DNA of 43,531 nucleotides from a virus (lineage: Duplodnaviria; Caudoviricetes): the IMG/VR virus record IMGVR_UViG_3300049859_000211, positions 1-43,531 of that record. One strand, 5' to 3'. The notes under the pieces are model-generated. The model searched no databases. It was not told the DNA's origin and worked only from the letters and a program-made list of their open reading frames with translations. Shown here piece by piece: positions 16,184-23,974 of the stretch; the first letter of the stretch is position 1; each line of letters starts with the position of its first letter. A program made the translations under genes and the position numbers.

Positions 16184-16801
16184 CTAATATAGGCACCCTC
16201 CAGAACCGCCCCCGTATTTCCACAAACCCACAGGGGCTTCAGCACGTAATAGTTTCATCGCCGACCACCTACCCCACAACGACGCCCGCATGGGCTCATC
16301 TACCCCTTCACGGCACACCCTTTCGAATAAGGCGTTATGTGCTGTTGATACGTTAATGGGTGATTTAGTGGTCGCTCTTTTTCGATTCAACACGTCGTTT
16401 ATTACTTCGTCCGTCGTAGGAACCGCGCGGTCTTGAAACACCAAAACATTATCTTTAACGGTAAACTCTTCCACCGGCCAAGTGCAACCCCCCACCAACA
16501 CCAACCAACCCCACCCCCTTAAATCTGGAGCCATCCCCCGCACCTCGGCTGCGACGTCTTCGAAGGTTTTATCTAAATACGAATTCAATAACGGATAAGG
16601 CCAGGGTCTCGTCCGAAAGACGTCTCCGTAAACCTCGGCTAGCGCCGCAAACCTTTGGCGTCTTAACGGTAACGGGTCTTTAGAGCACTCGGCGTCGATG
16701 TAGGCACACGCCACCGTGGGTGTGATGGTCTCAATCCCCCACTTCTCCAACCACGTCTCGAAGTGTTTTATGTAGGGTTTTTGGTGGGTTTTTAAAACCA
16801 T
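16184..16801 (-). CDS. Hypothetical protein, possibly a degenerate tyrosine-recombinase fold
   Basis: FETWL..ITPTVACAYI resembles a core-binding domain and REGVD..RASLWGRWS resembles box II; catalytic residues are not evident. Confidence 0.35.
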   Translation of the reverse strand: MVLKTHQKPYIKHFETWLEKWGIETITPTVACAYIDAECSKDPLPLRRQRFAALAEVYGDVFRTRPWPYPLLNSYLDKTFEDVAAEVRGMAPDLRGWGWLVLVGGCTWPVEEFTVKDNVLVFQDRAVPTTDEVINDVLNRKRATTKSPINVSTAHNALFERVCREGVDEPMRASLWGRWSAMKLLRAEAPVGLWKYGGGSGGCLY

Positions 16802-17373
16802 TGATCTACCATAGCTTGTGCAATACCCGAATATGTCTGTGATCTGAGCCTAGCCCTATTAGGCCCGGGGGGCATGTGATGGATACGGTGTTTTTGATTA
16901 GGGGGTAATGAGTCCATTTCTTGTTTGACGTCGTTTGTTGGTTGTAATGGGCTAACCCCTTTTAACCACAAACAAGTCGCTTTCGTTTCGGGATGCCCAA
17001 ACATCCACGGTTGGATGATTTGGTCAGGTTTGCGATATAACGAAGACATTATCCCTATCGGGTTTTCAATAACGGTAATTGGTACCTCCAATTGGGTGAA
17101 TTTTAAAAAGAAATCGATGCTACGTTGTTGTGAACCATCAGCCCGTTTGCGTTCGAAGTGCCGAGCGCCAGACACTGCTAGATCCGTGCATGGGGGGAAG
17201 GCGATAACAGCATCCCAGTCCTGCGCCAACAAAGGGACGACGTCCTGTTGGAGATGCCATTCAGGATGTCCCCCAGAACAAGGCAAAATATCACATGAAT
17301 ACGCTTCATGCCCACGCTCTCTTAGCCTGGCGGTTACCGCTTGTGATTCTTCGCAGGCTACTAAAACACGCAT
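16792..17373 (-). CDS. Short DNA cytosine-5 methyltransferase-like protein
   Basis: VLVACEESQ (motif I variant), FPPCT (motif IV), IENP (motif VI). Confidence 0.8.
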   Translation of the reverse strand: MRVLVACEESQAVTARLRERGHEAYSCDILPCSGGHPEWHLQQDVVPLLAQDWDAVIAFPPCTDLAVSGARHFERKRADGSQQRSIDFFLKFTQLEVPITVIENPIGIMSSLYRKPDQIIQPWMFGHPETKATCLWLKGVSPLQPTNDVKQEMDSLPPNQKHRIHHMPPGPNRARLRSQTYSGIAQAMVDQWF

Positions 17374-18005
17374 TACTCACCCAATAAGCGTCGTGGTGTC
17401 GCGACGGGTAATTCCTTCGGACGTTGGGACACTTTTTGTTGTAAAGATAAATACACCTTAAGTTCTTCGGTTGTCAAGGATGAAAAGTCTACGTCTGATG
17501 AACCCATACGGAGTTGAACGGCTACATCCGGGGAATCTAATCCGAGCAACTTCGACTTCCGTTCGGAAAGCTTTAGGTATCGGTCCGTGGCTGCCAAATT
17601 ACCATTCAGCACATCATCCCACAATGCCTTTAATGCCGCCTCTATTCGATCCAGTTCCATTTGGGCGGCGTAGGCTAGTTGGTCGGCTGTCCTGGCCACG
17701 TTTTCACGCCCTACGGACGTATAGGCGGCGTCCACTTCTTTCGTAGTCCACGTGCGTTTGGTGGTTTTTGTTAAGTGGTGCGCAATTTGCTTCGGTGTGT
17801 GCCCCGCCATCCGTAGCGAATACACCAAATCAGCCTCGTCTATGGACGACACGTAATCCTCCGGTTCCACCGGGGTAGGCGCTAAGGCTAGGACAGGGGC
17901 TAACGGGTCGTTTGAGGACCTTATCTCTGGAACGGAAAGAGGAGCCGAGGCCATTTCGACCACGACTCCGATTGGGGTTTTGGGTGGGTGTGCTTTGTTT
18001 GTCAT
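17373..18005 (-). CDS. Putative terminase small subunit / HTH protein
   Basis: HTH LRMAGHTPKQIAHHL, coiled coil, RKSKLLGLDSP and DFSSLTTEEL tail, as in TerS-like proteins. Confidence 0.55.
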   Translation of the reverse strand: MTNKAHPPKTPIGVVVEMASAPLSVPEIRSSNDPLAPVLALAPTPVEPEDYVSSIDEADLVYSLRMAGHTPKQIAHHLTKTTKRTWTTKEVDAAYTSVGRENVARTADQLAYAAQMELDRIEAALKALWDDVLNGNLAATDRYLKLSERKSKLLGLDSPDVAVQLRMGSSDVDFSSLTTEELKVYLSLQQKVSQRPKELPVATPRRLLGE

Positions 18006-18090
18006 TGACCTAGTTTATAAGATTTTTGCGGTCCTATAATGTATTCGGCGTTCGTTGTATAGAATTGACCAAGTTCTTTTTTTGTCATTT

Positions 18091-18303
18091 TTAAATCTTT
18101 CTTATATTAAGATTCACGGCTTCAAGTCGGCTCTCCAACTCCAGCATTTTGTGAACGCGGCGTTCCGCGTCTTCTGGTGTTTCGAAGGAACACACGAGGC
18201 ACCACCTCTTGAGATCGATATCATAAGCCTCAAGTTGAAAATAACGAAGACTCGCAGAGGAAGGGTTAAAAGTTACTCGGTAGTTGGTCATTCCAATACC
18301 CAT
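18091..18303 (-). CDS. Hypothetical protein
   Basis: In the operon; the start may be MTNYR. Confidence 0.55.
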   Translation of the reverse strand: MGIGMTNYRVTFNPSSASLRYFQLEAYDIDLKRWCLVCSFETPEDAERRVHKMLELESRLEAVNLNIRKI

Positions 18304-18680
18304 TTCTTGGTTTTGTTGAACTCGAATGTGTTTAACGAGACCTCGATACGCTTCGGTTTGACGATGTAGAACGCCGCGTTAGTGTCGGGCTTCGCGTAGA
18401 ATTGAATGGACCCAGATTCAGTCATGCGCATCCACAACCCACCTACTTTATCGGTATCCAACACCCACACTTCCTTCTCAAGTGAATTAACTATGGCGTT
18501 TTCGAGGCCTTCGAAATGTATTTCGAGATGGAACTCTGGGCCAGACATCGTTAATCGGGCGAAAGATCCGTTTTCCGTGTCCGTGGTGGCGTCTACGGAA
18601 TAACCCCAGCAATCCAAGTTAATAGTCGACTCATGGAGTTCCTGGGCGATTATAGCTACGGATGTTTTGTTTAAGTTCAT
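18288..18680 (-). CDS. Hypothetical protein (start MNLNK)
   Basis: ATGA overlap with the 18677 stop. Confidence 0.6.
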   Translation of the reverse strand: MNLNKTSVAIIAQELHESTINLDCWGYSVDATTDTENGSFARLTMSGPEFHLEIHFEGLENAIVNSLEKEVWVLDTDKVGGLWMRMTESGSIQFYAKPDTNAAFYIVKPKRIEVSLNTFEFNKTKKWVLE

Positions 18681-18955
18681 TTCGCACTCTCTATGGTTAG
18701 GGTTTTGTCTTCTATTCGAAGGGTGTTCCAAACGTATTGGAGATCTCGGATGTTGTCAAGTTTTAAATCCACCTTATCTCCTAATGCGAAGCTTGGGAGA
18801 TGGTATTTACATAGAGACCACCTAAATACGCTCCCATCGCCGCGTATCCATAACCACAAGCGCAGCTCGTGAGATTTATAGATTAAGAGTGTGATCCTTT
18901 CGAAGGCGTCTTCGGACACCAAGGTCCAAACCCGTTTGCCAGATAGCGTAGTCAT
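18677..18955 (-). CDS. Hypothetical protein
   Basis: ATGA-coupled in the operon. Confidence 0.6.
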   Translation of the reverse strand: MTTLSGKRVWTLVSEDAFERITLLIYKSHELRLWLWIRGDGSVFRWSLCKYHLPSFALGDKVDLKLDNIRDLQYVWNTLRIEDKTLTIESAK

Positions 18956-19818
18956 GTTTTATCCTGGTTTAAGAGATCCATATAAAAATCAGCGAGGCCG
19001 TTTACGGCACGATTCATTATCCTAGGAAAGAACGCCTTACATAGCGCTTCTTTTATGGTGTCTGTTTCCTCCTTTTTAATGTCTTCGGATATGGATTTGA
19101 TTAAAAGACCGATGTCCGCCTCGGTATTCTTTAAGGATCCTTGGTCTCGGAGCCTTTGTATAGCTTTATGCCACCTAGCTTCTGTTTTTAAAGCAGATGC
19201 GATGGATTCGATAACCTCATCCGGGGTTTTATGCCCCTTAATAGCGAAGGTTTTAACTTCTTTGAACTCCTCGGACACCAACTTCGCGCACTGCCGGTCC
19301 GGACTGGAGTCTATCGCTTTAATGACGACACCCTCTTTACGTCCTCCGAGAAACGAGTCTCCCTTTAAATAAGATTCTATTCCATCCTCCGCGGCGTATC
19401 CTAACACCGGAGCGAAGTCGATTCCTAAACGGTTCGCCCACGCCTCGACCTCGATGGGGTGCGCAAACTTACCAGCTTCTTGCACGTCGAATAGAACCAA
19501 AAATCCCTTCGGCGTTCTGTTATACGTGAGCACGTTGTGTCTAGGTCGTGCCACCAACTCGGCCCGGAACGTGGTGTTTAGGGGCAATAGGTCTACTTTA
19601 TTTACAATGAAATCCAACAAGTAGTTGAAGGGGTGCCCTAGAATGCGTTCGAGGGTGAATTCCTTATTCTTAGAAGCAGCAAACACGGTGCCGTCAGCGT
19701 CTCTACCGAAAGAACACTGCGATCCGTCCACCTTTTCTTGAACGTAGAATGGTTTTGAAAGGATATCCGCGACTTCTTTTTTTCCGAGGCGGATTGGGGA
19801 CGGGTATGCTTCTCTCAT
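18952..19818 (-). CDS. ATP-dependent RNA ligase (Rnl2-like)
   Basis: Motifs I EKVDG, III AEL, IIIa LFDV, IV EGVVIK and V AKLV. Confidence 0.85.
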   Translation of the reverse strand: MREAYPSPIRLGKKEVADILSKPFYVQEKVDGSQCSFGRDADGTVFAASKNKEFTLERILGHPFNYLLDFIVNKVDLLPLNTTFRAELVARPRHNVLTYNRTPKGFLVLFDVQEAGKFAHPIEVEAWANRLGIDFAPVLGYAAEDGIESYLKGDSFLGGRKEGVVIKAIDSSPDRQCAKLVSEEFKEVKTFAIKGHKTPDEVIESIASALKTEARWHKAIQRLRDQGSLKNTEADIGLLIKSISEDIKKEETDTIKEALCKAFFPRIMNRAVNGLADFYMDLLNQDKT

Positions 19819-20345
19819 CGTAATGCTCCATTTTTTCCCGAACGAAGTAAAGTAACACCGGTAGGGCCTTCGGGGCGAACCCTAACTAAACAGTTCGCGA
19901 AGTTGGAACCGTTTCTTTTCCCGGTGATTTTTTCAGCCGAGGTTTTATGAGAACCCCGATCGAATTGGATGCGGCAATCGAATAAATGTATTTCGCATTC
20001 CTCGAAAGCTTTGGCGAACCACTTGGTGGATGTATCACACTTCAATAACAAATCAACACCTGGACATCGTTTAGCGACTCGGACCTCGGTGATCGCTTTG
20101 TGAAGGGCTTCTTCCATCATTCCACCTCCGTAGGGTGGATTACCGAAGCACACCTTCTTGGAAGCCCAAGGTTGCATTATTGAGTCTTGTTCTTCCGTGA
20201 AATACTTCGGGCACAAGTGGTTCTCGTCGTCGGCGAATAAATCGATGCCGTAGCCCCCGACTTCCTTGGACAAGGTTTTAAAAATAGCCTTCGGTGTTCG
20301 CCATGCTTGGAATGAATCCGGTTTAATCATCGTGGTTTTAGTCAT
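19815..20345 (-). CDS. Phage DNA N6-adenine methyltransferase (Dam/PF05869-like)
   Basis: WRTP, IDLFA, NPPY and TSTKWF motifs. Confidence 0.85.
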   Translation of the reverse strand: MTKTTMIKPDSFQAWRTPKAIFKTLSKEVGGYGIDLFADDENHLCPKYFTEEQDSIMQPWASKKVCFGNPPYGGGMMEEALHKAITEVRVAKRCPGVDLLLKCDTSTKWFAKAFEECEIHLFDCRIQFDRGSHKTSAEKITGKRNGSNFANCLVRVRPEGPTGVTLLRSGKNGALR

Positions 20346-20569
20346 ACTAAATTTCCTTTTTCGTCGTAAACGAGTTCTTTCGCTTTTTCGAGTTCCAACA
20401 CCGCGTCATACTTAGAGTTAAAGCTGAAATCCAAGTTTCCAGTTAAACCCGTCTCCGAAGTAAAAAAGGCTATGGCGGCGTTGAATGTTCCGAAACCAAG
20501 AGCGGTTAAACAACCACCCATCCCAAATAAAAGCCCGCAGGGCAAAGCAATCGCTACTCCTACTAGGGA
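20342..20569 (-). pseudogene. 3' part of a gene interrupted by IS607
   Basis: Frame SLVGVAIALPCG...DEKGNLV is open up to the IS right end; its stop is coupled to the methyltransferase start. Confidence 0.55.
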
Positions 20570-20587
20570 CCGATCCTAATTTTCTCA

Positions 20588-22153
20588 TCAAATGTGATCA
20601 TCAGCGACGATCTCACTTGATGGCAATGTATCCGATCCGAAATTGGAAAGGATAGGTTGATCTACCAACGCACGAAGGAAGATCCCGCGTGCTCCATTTA
20701 TATCCCGATCCATCGAGATCCCTTGAGAGTGTATGACTTTCTTGCTGCCGATGTCAACTATTTCTCCTGACCAAGATGCAGTCTTCGACGTATAAGCTTC
20801 ACATTGCAAAAGCAATGTCTTCCCGCGTTCTAGGCATTTAAATGCCAACCGTTGCCGAAACTTATAGTGGCCGAGGGATAGCATAGATCTCACCGTCTTC
20901 TTGTTGATCTTCCTATCATCTCTTCTCGTCATGTTTGATGAAGAGAAAGGAGGGAGGACGATCACATCGAAGTTGTCTGTGAGAAATTTAATAGTCTTCC
21001 AATGCATCTCAGTGACAAGGTTCTCGATGCGACGCTTCAGACGAAACATCGATTTTCTTATCTTGAGCTTTTGGAGACGTTGTTGACAAGTAGCAAAGGC
21101 AGAAGTCAATGTATCAAGGCGTTTACACAACCGAAAGATGGTGGGAGCAGCTTCGGAAGCTATCTTCCCACAGGAATCGGCAGCATAAAAAGTTTGGAAT
21201 GTTCTCACTCCTGGATCGAGAGCTACAATACGTCCTTGGTTATCGGAAGCAGTAGTCTTTGTGGAGTAAGGGACAAATAACCACCAAGCATCGCCAACTT
21301 TCGATAGCCGAGAGTCTTTGGGCGAGTTTGGCAGTTTCTCAGACATCTTCAACTTACCTAAAAGGGTGTGATAAATCCCTTTCTCTGATAATGCGGAAGA
21401 AGGAATGAAACACGTTTGTTGAGGGGATTTGCGGGAACGAAAGTGTGCTTTTCCTTGTTTTGCTTTTGCCGCTTTTACGGCGAGGCAAGCATCTTTGCAC
21501 GTCGCACCTTTAATTTGGAAAGGGGTGTCTTTCAGGAAGACTGGCAACTTCTTCAGAAGGTCTTTCTTTAAGGACATCCAATTCCGCAAGCCATTCTTTG
21601 TGATCTCCTCTAGGGCCTTGTTGTAGGTGTATCGGGAATGGTTAAGCCACTTCTCAAGTATCTGTTTCTGCAAGGCATTTGGATACAATCTTATTGTCTT
21701 TGCTTTTAGCATTTCCACGTTTGCCGTGGATACTACAGGAGAAGCAATGACAGATTGCAAGCAGATCTTCACACAATCGCTGTTCTTCGGAAAGGCCACT
21801 TTCGTGGAGAACCACGATTTTTCCTCCTGCTTTCTCAATGATCCATTTGATGGCATCGTAAGAGAATCTTGAAAGACGATCTCTGTAGGCAACCACAACC
21901 GTGAGCTGCTCTCCTCTACTGCAGCGTTCCAGTAGGGTTTGAAGCCCTTTGCGGTGGAATCGCATGCCGCTGCCAACTTCTTTGATGACTTCGGCCGAGG
22001 GGAATGCTTCGAGGCATTTTTCGACTTGCCTTTCAAGGTCGTCTTTTTGCTTTGAGGTGGAGACTCTGCAATACACAACAACATGGGATTCTCCGTTGAC
22101 GATAAATCTTCGGTGCCCTCCTTCTGTTCGTTGTGTTTGCAGTTTGCCTTCAT
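20588..22153 (-). CDS. tnpB: TnpB RNA-guided nuclease, pro-Fanzor type (true start uncertain)
   Basis: KTIRLYPN HTH, RuvC-I ALDPG, VLPPF in place of the canonical RuvC-II Glu, EAYTSKT, and RuvC-III DRDINGARGI. Confidence 0.9.
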   Translation of the reverse strand: MKANCKHNEQKEGTEDLSSTENPMLLCIAESPPQSKKTTLKGKSKNASKHSPRPKSSKKLAAACDSTAKGFKPYWNAAVEESSSRLWLPTEIVFQDSLTMPSNGSLRKQEEKSWFSTKVAFPKNSDCVKICLQSVIASPVVSTANVEMLKAKTIRLYPNALQKQILEKWLNHSRYTYNKALEEITKNGLRNWMSLKKDLLKKLPVFLKDTPFQIKGATCKDACLAVKAAKAKQGKAHFRSRKSPQQTCFIPSSALSEKGIYHTLLGKLKMSEKLPNSPKDSRLSKVGDAWWLFVPYSTKTTASDNQGRIVALDPGVRTFQTFYAADSCGKIASEAAPTIFRLCKRLDTLTSAFATCQQRLQKLKIRKSMFRLKRRIENLVTEMHWKTIKFLTDNFDVIVLPPFSSSNMTRRDDRKINKKTVRSMLSLGHYKFRQRLAFKCLERGKTLLLQCEAYTSKTASWSGEIVDIGSKKVIHSQGISMDRDINGARGIFLRALVDQPILSNFGSDTLPSSEIVADDHI

Positions 22154-22226
22154 TTGCCAATCTCCTTAAGTGGACTACTGAGTAACCTGTGTGATCTGCC
22201 ATTTTTCTTATGGATAGTAATCTCAT
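21654..22226 (-). CDS. tnpA: IS607 TnpA serine recombinase
   Basis: MerR-like HTH (RTEGGHRR), YCRVSTSKQKDDLERQ, EVGSG and RDRLSRF. Confidence 0.95.
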   Translation of the reverse strand: MRLLSIRKMADHTGYSVVHLRRLANEGKLQTQRTEGGHRRFIVNGESHVVVYCRVSTSKQKDDLERQVEKCLEAFPSAEVIKEVGSGMRFHRKGLQTLLERCSRGEQLTVVVAYRDRLSRFSYDAIKWIIEKAGGKIVVLHESGLSEEQRLCEDLLAICHCFSCSIHGKRGNAKSKDNKIVSKCLAETDT

Positions 22227-22232
22227 AAGATC

Positions 22233-22261
22233 ATTATACCCGAATGATCAGGAATGATCAA
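22233..22261 (-). promoter_or_regulatory. tnpA promoter in the IS left end
   Basis: TTGATC-N17-TATAAT, 6 nt before the ATG; overlaps the TGATCATTC repeats. Confidence 0.7.
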
Positions 22262-22274
22262 CTATTTTGTTGCC

Positions 22275-22349
22275 TCCCTTCGCGTAGATACGGTATTCGA
22301 GGTCTTGTTGTTTTACTAAAGATTCGATTTCTTTTTCTAATGAATTCAT
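22275..22349 (-). pseudogene. 5' part of the IS-interrupted gene
   Basis: MNSLEKEIESLVKQQDLEYRIYAKG, ATGA-coupled to the upstream ORF, runs into the IS left end. Confidence 0.55.
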
Positions 22350-22498
22350 GCGTCTTCTCGCTTTCTTGGGTGTGGTGTTAAGTATCTAGCATCCGGTTTT
22401 AGCCCTGGGTGGTAGGTTAAATCCGCGGAACAAAAATCGGATTGTTTTGTGTAGGGGAATATACCCGAAAGGATCCATCTGATGACTCGTATAATCAT
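22346..22498 (-). CDS. Hypothetical 50-aa protein
   Basis: MIIRVIRWILSG...REDA; ATG lies 7 nt after a -10 box. Confidence 0.55.
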   Translation of the reverse strand: MIIRVIRWILSGIFPYTKQSDFCSADLTYHPGLKPDARYLTPHPRKREDA

Positions 22499-22501
22499 GT
22501 T

Positions 22502-22786
22502 TTAAACCTTAGGTGATCTGTCTGTGAGTGTCAAGTGGGAATCGTCTATAAGTTGTAATATTAAGCGCAACCGAAACGCTGCTTGTGCAGTCATAACAGC
22601 CACATCGTCCACCGTCTTAGGACGGTCCATCGGGAGCTTTCGTAGAAGAGGGTGATCGAATGTGGTGATGGTTTCGATAATGTCCACGAAATCCGCAGAC
22701 ACCATCTCCATTTTACGGTTTTGTTGTGGTAGCGACTCGAATGTGTTGATCGCCTTTTCAAATTGTGAAGGGCTTAGTTTTGGCAT
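22502..22786 (-). CDS. Hypothetical protein
   Basis: ORF in the operon. Confidence 0.6.
   Translation of the reverse strand: MPKLSPSQFEKAINTFESLPQQNRKMEMVSADFVDIIETITTFDHPLLRKLPMDRPKTVDDVAVMTAQAAFRLRLILQLIDDSHLTLTDRSPKV
22506..22534 (-). promoter_or_regulatory. Sigma70 promoter with an ACAGATCACC spacer
   Basis: TTGACA-N17-TAAGGT. Confidence 0.6.
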
Positions 22787-23049
22787 TCGACTTCCAAGGT
22801 AAAATCAGCGCATTTTGGATTTCGAAGGCACTCGGAACACTCGACGATATTAACGTTGCGTAATAAATCTTTGTCCGTTTCGGATAAAATCGTTGGTGTC
22901 CCATCTACGTTAAAAGACTCGATTAAGCTCCAGGCCTCTCCTTCACACAAACCGACCTGGCGGTATTGGCACATCTCCGGTGGCAAAGGGGATTCTCCGG
23001 TCCCGCATGCACTAAACAATATCGAAAGTGTGATTATGATTTTTTTCAT
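22774..23049 (-). CDS. Cys-rich lipoprotein
   Basis: MKKIIITLSILFSA-C signal II peptide. Confidence 0.7.
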   Translation of the reverse strand: MKKIIITLSILFSACGTGESPLPPEMCQYRQVGLCEGEAWSLIESFNVDGTPTILSETDKDLLRNVNIVECSECLRNPKCADFTLEVECQN

Positions 23050-23055
23050 ACGTTT

Positions 23056-23085
23056 AGCCTACTAGGTGATCTGTGTGTTGTCAAT
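23056..23085 (-). promoter_or_regulatory. Promoter, 28-bp repeat copy 1
   Basis: TTGACA-acacacagatcacctag-TAGGCT. Confidence 0.7.
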
Positions 23086-23655
23086 AGTTTCAGGCGCTTC
23101 GTTTCCAAATCGGTCCCAACCAGGAATAATACGCCGGGAGAAGATCTCCACGCGCGGTAAATCGCCATACAATTCAACAACGGCATCGTATGTGGACAGA
23201 GGCTTCTCAGAGTGCTTAGACCTAGGTGCTTGGATGAGCTGATTGGCTTTAGACGTCAACAACTTAAAAGGCCTTCCACGAGGCTTAACAGTAGCGAGTA
23301 ATAACAATTCAACTTTAGATTTTGTTGCCGTTGGTGGGACGCCTTGAGCGCCTATTATCTCGCCATCACCACGGGTCTTAACCCACACGAATGCCACCCC
23401 ACGATAGTGTAGCCCCCAAGCCTTTATTGCCTCAATCGCTAGGTCTAACTTGGGTGTGGTGGCCCACACAAAGCAGGCCCCATTTTTACCTCTAAATAAT
23501 GACTTCACAGGCAACGCATTTATGTCCTCCGCCGTCATCAAGTCGTAGTGCTTTGCAGCCGCCCCGTCTTTGTGTGTTTGTCCATAATAGGGCCACGGAG
23601 GGTCTATTACCACAATGTCGTAGTTGGATTCGAATGTGTGTATGCGTTTGGTCAT
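23062..23655 (-). CDS. MT-A70 family adenine methyltransferase
   Basis: VIDPPW, FVWAT, AWG, FVWVK, HSEKP, EIFSR and GWDRFGNE. Confidence 0.9.
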   Translation of the reverse strand: MTKRIHTFESNYDIVVIDPPWPYYGQTHKDGAAAKHYDLMTAEDINALPVKSLFRGKNGACFVWATTPKLDLAIEAIKAWGLHYRGVAFVWVKTRGDGEIIGAQGVPPTATKSKVELLLLATVKPRGRPFKLLTSKANQLIQAPRSKHSEKPLSTYDAVVELYGDLPRVEIFSRRIIPGWDRFGNEAPETIDNTQIT

Positions 23656-23657
23656 GT

Positions 23658-23876
23658 TTATACCGATCCTAAGAAGCGTTTAGTCCAGAAACGTTCGCGT
23701 TGTGAGTCAGGCATGGTTTCGAATTCTTCTATGGCGTCGAATTTCGTTAACGTAGTTAACTTGCCTGATTTTATATCGACAACAACGAACTCTCCATGTC
23801 GACCAGGAGGGACGTGGCGTTGTAGTTGTTTGGTTTTTTTCGAATCTAGGAAGCCTGCTATTCGTATCTCAGCCAT
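23658..23876 (-). CDS. Hypothetical protein
   Basis: AGGA RBS downstream of a promoter. Confidence 0.6.
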   Translation of the reverse strand: MAEIRIAGFLDSKKTKQLQRHVPPGRHGEFVVVDIKSGKLTTLTKFDAIEEFETMPDSQRERFWTKRFLGSV

Positions 23877-23905
23877 TTTGTGATCCTGTGTTGTGGTGTT
23901 GAAAT

Positions 23906-23935
23906 ATCCTACTAGGTGATCTGTGTGTTGTCAAT
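23906..23935 (-). promoter_or_regulatory. Promoter, 28-bp repeat copy 2
   Basis: TTGACA-acacacagatcacctag-TAGGAT. Confidence 0.7.
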
Positions 23936-23936
23936 T

Positions 23937-23961
23937 AAAAACACGGACTTTAAGTCCGTGT
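23937..23961 (-). terminator. Intrinsic terminator after nrdJ
   Basis: ACACGGAC stem with a T-run on the minus strand. Confidence 0.7.
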
Positions 23962-23974
23962 CGTTAAAAAGGCT

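Larger units (their letters stand above)
20570..22274 (-). mobile_element. IS607-family insertion sequence
   Basis: Serine-recombinase tnpA plus tnpB. GG at both junctions (GG-CAACAAAA at the left end, ATC-GG at the right end) and TGATCATTC direct repeats in the left end. Confidence 0.9.

Noticed and set aside
22226-22274. IStron (group I intron fused to IS607)
   Set aside because: Only about 48 nt lie between the left end and tnpA, too little for a ribozyme.
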